64,000 nt of DNA, taken from assembly GCF_964204645.1 (NCBI RefSeq), contig NC_134036.1:6416600-6480599 (forward strand), given 5' to 3'. Below, one piece after another: positions 46,709-59,100 of this stretch (position 1 is its first letter; each line of letters begins with the position of its first letter). The notes under the pieces are model-generated. The model had not been told where the DNA came from and did no database searches. It was given only the letters and a program-made list of their open reading frames with translations. The position numbers and the translations under genes are program-made. The stretch is from Tubulanus polymorphus (lineage: Eukaryota; Animalia; Nemertea).

Positions 46709-47684
46709 ATGCCACAACCATCTAACTACCGTACGATCGTAACAAGACAACAAACGAACCAAGTTCGGCAAAACGTTGAAGACCCAGTATTGATTCCGCT
46801 ATACGAGCCGCCGAGAGATATTCGACAAATTGTAGTTCGCGAGGAGGACGAGGAGGTACATCTGGCAGAAATCGACCAGGTGGATAACGGTATAGACATT
46901 AACGAAAACCTAGAGGGTAACATGCCTTATAAACTCGACCTTCCGGGTTACGACCACAGTCGGCCTATCAAAAGTTGGCTGAATGACTTTGACCGTTGGG
47001 TCCAAGCGACAAATATACCGCTCGAGCAGCAAACCACAGCCCTAATACTGCGTTTATCTGGTTCCTCCAGATCCGCCATAGATACATTGACTCTCGAACA
47101 ACAGAACGATTTGGAGGAAGTAAAAAAATGCTTGGAAAATAAATTTAAACCTATAAGAGACCCAATGAGAGGTCTAGATAAACAACAAGCAGGCGAGTCC
47201 GTACAGGCGTACATGGACCGAGTAGAAAGGGCAGCTAGCCAGTCAGAATTTACGTTGACATGTGCTATCGAACAGGCCATAGATTGCCTTAACGACTCTA
47301 TTAAACCTTTAGTCGCAACTCATTGCCCTGATACATTTGATAAATTAAGGAAAATTGCAATGAACGCAGAATCAGCAGCAGGGGGTAAAATTACCGCGAC
47401 TTGTAGTCTCACCACAGCGGTCGACAAACTAACTAGTCATTTGGAAAATGTACAATTGCGACCGGACAATAAGGTGTGTGCATGTCAAGTAAACGCGATA
47501 ACCGATAGTAAAAGTGACAATGGATTTAATTATGCGAATAGACAGAATTATCAAACACAGCAACAACAACAGTCCTGGTCTCCTCAATTCGTGCCACAGC
47601 CACAACAGTTTTGGCCGCAGCAGCAGTTTTGGGCGCCACAACATCAGCCGCAGTTCCAGCAACCGCATTTCCAGCAGCCGCAGT

Positions 47685-47715
<31 letters not shown>

Positions 47716-47983
47716 ATTCCATCAGCCGCAGTTCCAGCAGCAGCAGCAGCAGCAACAGTTCCAACAGCCGCAGTTCCAGCAGCAGCAGCAGCAGTTCCAA
47801 CAGCAGCAGTTCCGGCAACAGCACTACAGGGGACACCAGCGGCATAGAGGGAACAGCAATAGGAGAAATCAATGGTCGCAGCCGAATGGACAAAATAATT
47901 CAGGTAAACGCGTTCCATTATGTTATACATGCAATACCCCAGGTCATATATCTCGAAATTGTCCGAACTCAGGTCAGAAATAG
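46709..47983 (+). CDS. gag: Gag with polyglutamine tract and CCHC zinc knuckle
   Basis: Capsid-like region (QQAGESVQAYMDR), QQPQF repeats, CYTCNTPGHISRNC. Confidence 0.92.
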
Positions 47984-50900
47984 GGGTGCGAGCCTGTCCA
48001 AGAGAATCCAACTATGGACGGGCACCCGAAGGTTGAAGTTGCGTTCCTGGCGACATTAGAGAAAAATGTTGCCACAGTATTTGTGTCGGGGCACAGAATT
48101 AACGCATTGCTTGACACAGGTGCTGGTATTTCTTGTATATCATTGTCATGTCTGAACAAAACTAAATTTGCTAATGAAACGTTGTCAGCGCCTGAGATAA
48201 AAGAAGTAGTTGGCGTGAGTGGAAGTAAGTTGTCGGTCCTAGGTACGGTAAACCTGCCCCTAATCTTCCCGGGTATAAAGACGCCAGTCGAGCAAAAATT
48301 TCATGTATTTCAACATCTTCATCAACCCCTTTTACTAGGTTTAGATTTCATAACGGAGAAGCAGGTAATAATTGATATACCCAATAAAGTCTTTAGTATG
48401 ACGAGTGTTGAGGATAAAGTTTTGAGCATGGAGATCCATACTAAGTTTGCACGCACGATTAAACCAATCAAATTGAAAGCTAAATCAGAACTTCAAATTC
48501 CTGTGAAAGTTTCTAAAACTCTTGATAAACAAACTGTACTTTTGTCACCAATATAAGAATTGGTGGCTATGAATTATACAGGTGCCCGTTGCTTAGTAAC
48601 AGTTAATAATGGTAGAGCAGTAATGAGATTATTGAACCCAACTAAATCAGTTATAAAAATTCCAAAAGGGCAATCTATAGCATATATATCGGATGTTGAA
48701 GAGTCATCAATTATGTCACTTGACGCAGAAGAAACTGTTTCTGTAAATAATATTAATGATGAAACACCGGATTATGATACTAGCGAAGCTATGAAGTTCC
48801 CTCCTACGGGACACACTCCAAAAGTTGAAGATTTACAATTTGACTTATCTAATTCGGATCTAAATAATGAACAAAAAGAATTGTTACTAGCTTTCCTTCA
48901 TAGGAATCGTGATAGATTTTCTTCCAACTTGAATGAATTAGGGCATACTTCCATATACGAACATACTATTGATACTGGGGATAGTCCCCCGGTTTGCCAG
49001 AGGCCATATCGCTGTAATGGGATAATTAGAGAAGAGCAAGATCGTCAGATAGACGAAATGCTCAAAGCCGATGTTATAACTACATCAAACTCACCGTTTA
49101 ATTCACCTGTTGTGATGGTAAAGAAAAAGTCAGGCGAATATCGCTTCGCGGTGGACTATCGTAAATTAAATGCTATTACTAAATCGGTTTCTTACCCACT
49201 ACCACGAATTGCCGACGTTGTTGACTCCGTAGCAGAGTCTAAAGCAAAATTATTTACAACTCTCGATATGACCTCCGGTTTCTGGCAAATTAAGTTAGAT
49301 CCGGCTACTATGCATAAATCTACCTTTGTTACTCAAAATGGCGCCTACATGTTTAAAAGACTACCATTTGGTCTTAAGAATTCACCCATGGCATTCCAAA
49401 TGACCATGAATGAAGTCCTCCGTGGCTATCATTGGAAATTTTGCTTAGTGTATGTAGACGACATTTTGGTATACAGTAGAGACTTTACAGAACATTTACA
49501 GCATTTGCAACTGGTTTTTAACCGTTTACGACAAGCTAATATGACATTGAAGCCGTCCAAATGTCACTTTGCTCAAAGCAGTGCCCCATATTTGGGATAT
49601 ATTTTCACCAAAGATGGTGTAAAAGCAGATCCGTCGAAATGTCAGGCAGTACAAACGTTCCCAGTTCCTAGAAACGTGAAAGAACTGCGCTCATTCTTGG
49701 GCTTGTGTAACTTTTATCGCCGTTTCGTCTGGAATTATTCGCATATCGCTACTAAATTGACTCCATTGTTACAGAAAGAATCCAAATTTATTTGGACTGA
49801 TGAGCATCAGGAAGCATTTCTACAATTGAAAGAGTGCCTATTATCGCCACCCATTTTAGCCTATCCTGATAATGATAAAGAATACTTACTCTGCACTGAT
49901 GCGTCTGATACAGCGGTAGGTTATATACTGGCTCAGCGCGACGATAATGGTCGCGAGCGCGTTATTTGTTATGGTGGTCGTGCTCTTTCTGCCCAACAAC
50001 GTCGTTGGGATACTAGGGAAAAAGAAGGTCTAGCTATTGTGCTAGGAGTAGACGCATATAGGGAATATTTGGCCCCTAAAAAGTTTACTATTTATACTGA
50101 TCACCAGTCCTTGACTTTCTTAGATAATGCTAAGGATATGACCACGAAAGTTGCTAGGTGGGCAACAAAGTTACAAAATTATGAATTTGACATAATACAT
50201 CGCCAAGGCAAGAAAAATGATAATGCGGATAGCCTATCTAGACGCGAATACCCTACTGTCATTGATACTAGTGAACATGACGACTTCCCGGCGCCTATTG
50301 ATGTAGTGTCGCCAGGAGTACATGAACTATTCGCAGATCTGTTTCAAAAGGATACAGGTGAATCACCGCCGGCCGGTAACCATACATCGTATGGATGGCG
50401 GCAAGCTGAGTTTCAGTACGATACTAAGGGTTGCGAGACTGAAAGTACACGAGACGATATGGAAGCTGAGGTTCCTGTTTGTGTAGTGGATGATTTAGAT
50501 ATCGCTACCACTCAGCGTGCTTGTTCAGATTGCTTGCCTATCATTCAATATTTGGAACATGATATCTTACCCCAGGATCGGAAGTTGGCCATCAAAGTGC
50601 AATGGTCGTCTCAATGCTTTCACATGTACAAAGGAGCGCTTTACCGTAGTTATCAGCGTAACCAGTCTCCTAGAGGTCTACCTTCGGTTACTCAGCTAGT
50701 AGTACCGATAAGCTTGAGACCAGACGTGCTGTTCGCGTATCATGATTGCAGGGCTGGAGGAGGCCATGTCGGTATCCAGAAAGTATACGATGCTATGAGG
50801 CAAAAATATTACTGGAAAAATATGTACCGAGATATTACTCAATATGTTTCTTCATGTATGTTATGTCAGAAAGCTAAAGCTCCTACTCACCAAAAATCAC

Positions 50901-52125
50901 CACCTCTCGCTAACATGCCTATAACCGACACATTTGCTAGATGGCATATGGATTTCCTCGGTCCACTTCCGGAGGGCCAACTGGTGAGAAGCATATCTTA
51001 TTAGTCGTAGATAGTTTCTCTAGGTGGCCCGAAGCCTTTGCGCTTAAAACTCAGGAAGCTTCAGAAGTAGCCAAAGTTTTGTACGATCAGATATTCGCTC
51101 GATACGGTGCACCAGGTGCATTAGTTTCAGATCGAGGTGCAAACTTTCTATCCAAACTGGTAACAGCAGTTTGTGAGCTGTTCCAAGTCACACGTACTCG
51201 TACATCAGCTTACCATCCTCAAACAAATTCTACCTGTGAACGGACCAATAGAACCATCGCTCAGATGTTCCGTACTTACGTCAAAGAAGATCAAACAGAT
51301 TGGCCCGACGTGTTGTCGAGTGTTCTTATGGGTCTTAGGTCTTCAGCTAGCCAATCGACGGGATTTTCCCCCTTTCAGGTGTTATTTGGCAAAGAAATGA
51401 ACCTACCTATTGATACCTCATTAATACCCAAGGATAACCTCCCTACCACGGTCACGGACCATATAAATCAATTGAAAGATCGCTTGTCTATTGTTAAGGA
51501 TATAGCTAAATCCCAAAATGAGACCGCACAATTACGAAACAAAAACTTACATGATAAGAAATCAGCCACACCTACGTTTAAATTACATGATAAAGTATTG
51601 CTTAAGAATAATAAAGTGGGGAGAGGTAAATCCAAGAAATTTACTACGAAATATAAAGGGCCATACTATATTTCTCAGTATGGTAAGAATTTCACGTATC
51701 AATTGCGCTCTTGCGAAGATGATACACCTTATAAGTCGCCACTTAATGCATCACTGCTGAAACCATATGTTGATAGTGGAAAATTTCCGCATTTGCGAAA
51801 AACCGCAGCGGATGGGGATAAGCCACAAACCGATAATACCAATAGTATCCCTGCACCTAGCAGCAACAAAGTTCAGGCCAGGCCCAACACTAATGTCACT
51901 GCGAAAGATGGCAAAATGTACAAAATTGACAAAATATTAGGCACGAAATTCAAAAATAATGTAAGAGTATTCAAAGTTCAATGGTCAGACAAAAACTCAA
52001 CAAACTCATGGGTCAATGAGGACGATGTCACTCAACTCGCAATCGACAAATATTTTGAAACCCACACCAGAAAAGGCACAGGCCGAAAAAGAAAAAGACA
52101 ATCAGTTTTCAAATCGCGGCGCTAG
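47984..52125 (+). CDS. pol: Pol: aspartic protease, RT, RNase H, integrase, chromodomain; internal TAA at 48554 and frameshift near 50975
   Basis: LLDTGA; LPFGL and YVDD; CTDAS and YTDH; H..GGH..C..C zinc finger; D, D(SDRG), E(CER) core; GPY motif; YKIDKIL...FKVQW...NSWVNEDDV chromodomain. Confidence 0.95.
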
Positions 52126-52230
52126 GTGTCATTCGAGCATCTTTGTTGCAACATTGCAATCGCCTCATTTCAACTCCGCTTGGGAGCAATTTAGATCAGA
52201 ACTTAATTTTATGTTGAAAGTTTCTGTGCT

Positions 52231-54753
52231 ATGGGTCACCGGCCGGGACCTCTTTTACTTATCAATACTAAATTTTGGCCTCTCTTCTTCTTTTCTCCTG
52301 TAGGCGAATCTTCTCAAGTTGGGCACTGCCTCATAATAGTTGCTTTGTTAACGGTGTTTTCATTAATACCCGCAGCCGCCGCTTTGAATCAGCCCATCAA
52401 TTATGGTGTAACTTTCGGAAAAGTGGGCACAGTAAGTCAGTCCAACGAATATTGGCTACATACATTCTGTATTGTATTGCCTCGAGAAATGAACATGGCC
52501 CAATTCGGCGATTGCCACGACCAGAGTCCTATATGCGTATTGCGACACAAAACAGCTATTCACCTAAACGAGTTACAAACGCGACTAAATACTCATGTCC
52601 GCTACGTTAACCAGTATGTTCACGATTTAATTCCGGAACACGTCAGCTTAAATAAATCTAGAAGTCGCCGCGGAGCCCCTTTAGGCTTCATTGGCAGTCT
52701 TTCAAAAACTCTATTTGGTACCGCGACAATGGATGACGTGGAACTTTTAGCCTCGCATATCAATGCTTTGCAGCAACGTTCGTCAGAATTAGCTACTGCT
52801 TTAACGCAGCATGGCGATCATTTGTCCTCATATACGAGGAACATGCTTAAAAGAACTGATAAGGCGTTCAAGGGTATAAAGGCGAACCATAGAGCGATAT
52901 CGGATTTATATACGCAATTTCAAGCAACCACCAATGATATTATAGCAGCTTCAGCTAGCATTGACAAAATTTACGCGACTTACGCGGAAACTAGCTTAGA
53001 AGCAGAACTGCACTTATCTGAGTTTAAAGCGTCGGTAGCTCAATTATTACGTGGGAAATTATCACCAAGTCTCATTCCTATCCAGGTCCTACAAGACGCC
53101 ATGAACCAGATAAGCGCAGTTCTTATTACGAAACATCATAATTTCAAATTAGTCAAAGTAGCACCCACATTTTATTATGACCATGGAAGGCTTTTGATGT
53201 CTAGGAAAGGACCAGAAATATTTGTTTCGGTTAAGTTTTTAATTACGCCCTTAGCGGCTCCACTTCATATGTTTCGGGTGAATTCATTCCCTATGCCTGT
53301 CCATGACACTTCGAAGCACTCGACCACAATTGGGAATTTACCAACGTATCTAATTGTATCAGCGGATGCTCAGTATTATTCAGCTTTTACAGTATCTGAC
53401 GTGGCCGAATGTCGGCATTATTATAAGCATTGGCTTTGCCCATTTAATCAAGCCTTGTCGACGGCATCTAGTAAATCTTGTATACTTGCTTTATACTTAG
53501 GAGATAAAGATAATATTATAAAGTTTTGCGATTTTAGAGTCAATCTGGATTCAGTACGTTCGAAAATTGTCGAATTGGAACCATCCACTTTAGTTTTGTA
53601 TAACGTACCAAGAATTGCTTTGAAATGTTGCCTTTCGGAAAAGTACGTCGAGGGTTGTTCCTTTTGTATTAAACACATTCCTTGTTCCTGTCAAGTCAGC
53701 GCACCCGGTTTAAAATTAAGTCCGCGTTTAAATTCATGTAGTCAGGGTAAGAATATTACGACAATTCACCCAGTAAATCTGGCCGTTATACAGTCATTTT
53801 TTGATATATCTACGCATGAAGCTATTTCTAGTGGGTTAGTCTTAGAAAGACCAGTTAAAGTGATACCACCTTCGTTTGATATCTATAATCATTCCATGAA
53901 CAGTCTTATTGCGGATGACGAGAAGCATAGTTTAAGTTTGAAGCGCGTAACTTCTGCAATTAAAAATGATAGTCGTATATTTAGAACTCTTTCTGAATCT
54001 GTAATGGCAGGAGAAGTAGCCATTAACGAGTCATGGCCCAGCAACAGGGACTTAGTTTCGTTACTGGCCCTTATTTTAGCGAGTACCTTGTTAGCTTTAA
54101 TAATTATTCAACAGTACCGTATCACTAAGTTAGCGGGTCTAGTTGCAATTTTACAAAATATTCACTCTGCTTCAGCAGCTACTATACCACCGGAATTTCG
54201 TTACGTGGGTCCTACCTTGGCAACCAAGACTGGGCCACTCGGATGGGAACCTCTTATTAGCTACATAACGTCATCTCTTGTCGTAACCTTTACGTTATTA
54301 GGCATTTGCACCTTAATCTATTTATTGTATCGACGCTTCCGCTTTACTCCTCATTCTACTTTAGTCATTGAGCTCTCTGATTCTGTTAGTTGCGTGCAAA
54401 TTCCCTTAATGAATTTTCAATTGTGCCCAGTGCATTTGTTGGTTTCGATACCTAGTAAAGTTGATGATGTAGATGTTGAAGGTCACTGCTTTCCCAAATT
54501 GATAGGAAAATGGGACAATTTTAGAGTAACCAATAGGTTAAGTCAACAATCTTGGCTAGTACCGACTTCTGTTAACTTATCGCTGGCACAAGCAAGGGCA
54601 GCACGATGTGCATTAAACTGTCCCTTGTCATTTACCATACATTTTGCTTTAGTTCACCATGATCGATTTTATATTTTGGAGAGCCCAGCTATAGCGCCAG
54701 GTCCGCGTGTTACTTCCAATCATGGACAACTACTCCCTATTACCAACGAATAA
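52231..54753 (+). CDS. env: Envelope glycoprotein, class I fusion (baculovirus F / errantivirus Env-like); probably spliced at acceptor 52303
   Basis: Hydrophobic signal LIIVALLTVFSLIPAAAA, furin site RSRR (52660-52671) followed by fusion peptide GAPLGFIGSLSKTLFG, heptad region, Cys-rich domain, C-terminal TM segments. Confidence 0.88.
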   Translation: MGHRPGPLLLINTKFWPLFFFSPVGESSQVGHCLIIVALLTVFSLIPAAAALNQPINYGVTFGKVGTVSQSNEYWLHTFCIVLPREMNMAQFGDCHDQSPICVLRHKTAIHLNELQTRLNTHVRYVNQYVHDLIPEHVSLNKSRSRRGAPLGFIGSLSKTLFGTATMDDVELLASHINALQQRSSELATALTQHGDHLSSYTRNMLKRTDKAFKGIKANHRAISDLYTQFQATTNDIIAASASIDKIYATYAETSLEAELHLSEFKASVAQLLRGKLSPSLIPIQVLQDAMNQISAVLITKHHNFKLVKVAPTFYYDHGRLLMSRKGPEIFVSVKFLITPLAAPLHMFRVNSFPMPVHDTSKHSTTIGNLPTYLIVSADAQYYSAFTVSDVAECRHYYKHWLCPFNQALSTASSKSCILALYLGDKDNIIKFCDFRVNLDSVRSKIVELEPSTLVLYNVPRIALKCCLSEKYVEGCSFCIKHIPCSCQVSAPGLKLSPRLNSCSQGKNITTIHPVNLAVIQSFFDISTHEAISSGLVLERPVKVIPPSFDIYNHSMNSLIADDEKHSLSLKRVTSAIKNDSRIFRTLSESVMAGEVAINESWPSNRDLVSLLALILASTLLALIIIQQYRITKLAGLVAILQNIHSASAATIPPEFRYVGPTLATKTGPLGWEPLISYITSSLVVTFTLLGICTLIYLLYRRFRFTPHSTLVIELSDSVSCVQIPLMNFQLCPVHLLVSIPSKVDDVDVEGHCFPKLIGKWDNFRVTNRLSQQSWLVPTSVNLSLAQARAARCALNCPLSFTIHFALVHHDRFYILESPAIAPGPRVTSNHGQLLPITNE

Positions 54754-55059
54754 TTCGTTGTTTTCCTTTTTATATGCTACGATTTTGTACATTATGAATA
54801 TTATGTAACTTTAAGATATCGTACATTAAAAAAGTACGTTTTAAATGTATGTAACTTTTGCATGTTTACGAATGTTGTGTAACTATAAGCTATCACGGAA
54901 CATTATACATGTATGTAACTATATTTCTTTATATTTGATTGTATCACCAACTATATTTGTGTAGGTAATTACGTTTTGCTGGTATTATTTTATATCTCTT
55001 ACCCATAAGGTAGGGTTTCATTTTGCTTTTGAGGACAAAAGCCAACCATAGTGTGTGAG

Positions 55060-56174
55060 GATTTAGCAACACTAATCTGACAGCTAAGCTCTAAAATAGA
55101 TATTGAAAAATGGGTATCAAAATAATCGACAGAATCTTGCGATTCTGAATTTTGTATTTATATTCAAGTATTATAAGTTTTATAAATCAATATGTTTGTG
55201 TTTTTTTTTATTAACTAAAATATTGTCTGAACCTATTGGAGTATTAACATGTTCATGCAAGCTGTTACCTTCCTGGCAGGTATGACCAGTCAAGGGTATC
55301 GCAAACAAGCGAACTTGTCATTTCTTGAGATCGACAATCTGTCGTTCTGAGTAATTATTTATAATTTATAACAATGTGTAATTAACAAGTTTGTACCAAC
55401 AATTAGCAGGTTTGGCATTGGTTACCACCAACAAGGGTGATCCAAACCTTAGTTACCGTGGGCAAAGTCACGGAACAGACCAATCAGGGTTATGGTATTT
55501 TTGAGGTATAAATAGTGGACGAAGGGCAGCTGAGGTCACTTTATGATGAACCTCGCTTTAAGGAATAAATCTGTGTATATTTTAATCGTCTGCTCTTCGT
55601 CAAATTACAGGTATGTGTAATAAGTTTTATAATATTTTATTAAGTCATATTCTATGGAAATATTGACTAGGCCTAGGATGTACTTTATTTAATAATATTA
55701 CTTATTAAGTATGGCCGAATACATGGTGTTTTAATATAATAGTTGAAATAATATTAATCAATTATACTAGAGCAATAGTATGTGTTTAAATAGGTTAGAT
55801 GTTCTTGAGCAGTTATGTTCTATTTTAATTAACTTGGCCGCCATTTTTGGCAAGTAATCAATGAGAATTACGGCCAGAATATGCTCGATATCAGAGAACA
55901 TTAGTTTCGTATTTAAGTATTATGAAATAAGTCGACAGTATACTAATCATTAAGATAAACACGTTTTATATTTAATCTGTATCATTTATACTCATATATC
56001 ATCACATATCTATTAATGTCACTTTATGATGAACCTCGCTTTAAGGAATAAATCTGTGTATATTTTAATCGTCTGCTCTTCGTCAAATTACAGGGTCTGG
56101 CGTTTGTAGTTGTCTTAGCTAGAACTACCGAAGGTTACTGAGGAATACATCTATCCAAACTTTCTATTTTTAAA
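55060..56174 (+). repeat. 3' LTR
   Basis: Direct repeat of 45566-46680. Confidence 0.95.
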
Positions 56175-59100
56175 CCACATTTAAACATTCCTGGACATGA
56201 AAATGTCTCGCAGTTTTGCTCATCTTCTGAATTAGGACAATCCGATTGACCATCGCACACCTGACTGATCGATATACAGTACGATGCTGGACATTTTACA
56301 GTACCAGCTGGACATTCAAATTCTTCACATCTCAATACGTGCTCATGATTTCTACAAACTGGGTAACCATTCGTCATTTTTTCTAGAATACATCTGTGAC
56401 GTCTTGAATAACAATGAGGAGAATTAAAAGAACATCTTTGTTCATCTAATTCCGTACAGAGATTTGTAAAGTTAGTCGTACAGTGGTTTTCGTCATTACA
56501 ATGGATCGTAGGATTCACTGTAACATTAGTAGTTGTTACTAGTTCATCTTCTTCGAGGCGTCCACTACAATCCGCAACACCATCCTGATACAACTGAGAA
56601 CTGATACAATCTCCACTCTTACACAGGAATCCCTGGCACAGTTGATCGGTGCATCCTATTTCGTCGGAGCCGTCTTCACAATCAGTGACGCCATTGCATC
56701 TGTCAGAACTGCTGATACATTGACCACTTTGGCAGCGAAATTGTTCTGATAAACACGGGGTATAAAAACACGAGTTCTCATCAGAGCCATCCACACAATC
56801 CTGTATGAAATCACAGAAACCACTTATTGATATGACCTGACCATCATTGCATTCAAACTGACTATGTAAATTAATATTCGTACAATTAAGTTCATCTTCA
56901 CCGTTCTTACAGTCGTGTCTGGTATCACACACGCGATGGTCGCTGATACATCTTTGATCGTTACATTTGAACTGCCACGATCTACAACCGCTTATAGAAG
57001 CTAACTCCTCATCAGTTACATTGCATGAACACAAAACAGAATGCGCTGTATCCGTCGCATTATCAAACTGTTTCATCGTCCATTTAACTGATTGAATATA
57101 AGTTATTTCATCTCTAGTGATTATTGGGTTTATAACTTGCAGTTTGTCATTAGAAGTCACCATTAGTATTGAGCTATATTGATATTTAAAGTGAAATGTT
57201 CTTATCAAGTTCATCGTGTCGTTTTCGGTGTAACCGGTTATCACAGCGCCTATTTCACCTCGTATGCCACGACACATCTCTGTTGCAGTTTCCATATCTA
57301 AACCTCGATGTCTGTTCCAATCCGTCAGTATTTGATAGCATTTTCTATCCATGCTTACCCATCCAGCCGTGCAGAAAGGTTTGTCCAGTATCGAGAATGT
57401 GTCGTTGTTTGTTGAATTTATCGTTTTCAGTGTTTTATTTTTGGAATAATTTCTTTCCGTTTCGCAAATGAAACTCGTGTGAGTCTCTTCGATTCCGCAG
57501 GGAAATCGAACCCAGTTCGCTGATCCTCGTGGATTATTCAGTATCATCGCTGTACACGGCATATTAATGTCATTTATCGGTTTTTTTCTAATAGGAGATA
57601 TCAATCCTTGAATAACTTCTGGTATCGTGTCGTTATTTGTAGGTTTATACCACTCTGTGTAGCTCAATGGTTTCCCGTCAGACCACGTGTAATAACTAGA
57701 TCTTGCCTGGAAATTTAAGTGGCAAATATATCATTACATGTACATCATAAATATCATTTCCTGTAATCTGTTGCCATTCGTAGGTTTTAACGAACTCATC
57801 TTAAAATCTACCTGCAGTTTTAATCCAATCATCATTACGAGCGCTTTCTGTGAATAGGCATTTAGAAGAAGTTCGATAGCGAATAATGTTTTAATGCTAA
57901 TCATTTCCTGTTCTGAGTTGATACTGAGTAGATGTCCCGCGTACTTCTGTCTACAGTACAATTCAGCATTCTCCCAATTCAGACGTTCATCTCTGATGTA
58001 TTTAACGCATGAAATTCCCGAATCTAGGAATCCTGATTTACAGACATTTTCAAACTGTTTTATCGGTAACGACTGTTCTAATATGTATTGTATTTGAAAT
58101 ACTGACCTTTTACCTCAATTTGCAAATCCGCATAAGTAAGACTTTAAAATACAAGACCCGGTATCGCGTTATTGTCACATATTTTACTTTGGTGCTCCTG
58201 CGATTGGCCGGGGCCTGCGGTGATGAAACGTTTGATAACTATAGGGTCAAAGCTATCCCCTTCTCTTTTCGCACACGGTATCTTTGCGATAGATTTTATT
58301 ATGCATCTAAAGTATAACATTTTATATCTCCTTCGAATACGTATTTCATATGATAATAGTTCATTGGTTGTATCCGCCAATCCTGGGTAGTTTGGTGACT
58401 GAATAATTCCACACGTTACCACGACGTTACTTTGTCGTTCCCTTATTTTCAACAACCGTTGACAATTACTCCGTAGTTCAACTAGTAACGGATATGTAAT
58501 GAATGCTCGATCATTAGATACACGGACAGTGTTTAACATAAGACCGCTATTAAGGAACTGACTATTCAACCGCGTGTGACAGTATCTGTATGGATAGTGA
58601 TCCTGAAAACATCGGTCAACTTGATATTCATGCTCCGATAATATGTTAATGTATCTTAGAGGAAGGCGTCGGTTTTCGGGTGTAATCACGAGACAGCGTG
58701 ACGTCATATTGATTTTACGTTCTCCTTCTTTTAAAACATACCCGTCACAGTCGGTAGGACGAAATCTGAGGTGTGAATGCACATTGACATTCAACTTATC
58801 GTCCCAGTTATAAGCGATACTACGGTAACCGATCCACCTGATGTAATCAGACTAACGACTGATCGACTAAAATCATTACCGGGACAATACGGACCGTATC
58901 GTCTAGCCGTGAAATTACCACCGTCGAATATGTAAAATCCAGCTCGCTCGCAGTTCTCTGATAAAACTGTTAGTTCCATATTCTCTTCATAGATCTCAGT
59001 TTTCCATTTAAACTCGTATCTAGTGACGCGATATCCAATTGAGTTCTTCCATGCAGTTGGGAACAGTGATGTTGATCCAATGGACCATATTTTGTTTACA

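Larger units (their letters stand above)
45566..56174 (+). mobile_element. Ty3/gypsy (Metaviridae) LTR retroelement with env and chromodomain integrase
   Basis: Two 1115-bp LTRs, PBS, gag, PR-RT-RH-IN order, env; host reading frame resumes on both sides. Confidence 0.97.

Noticed and set aside
47429-48059. Poly-Leu, poly-Ser and poly-Ala ORFs
   Set aside because: Alternative frames of the gag CAG tract.
48554-48556. Second in-frame stop as programmed readthrough
   Set aside because: TAA with no evident downstream structure; more simply a nonsense mutation or error.
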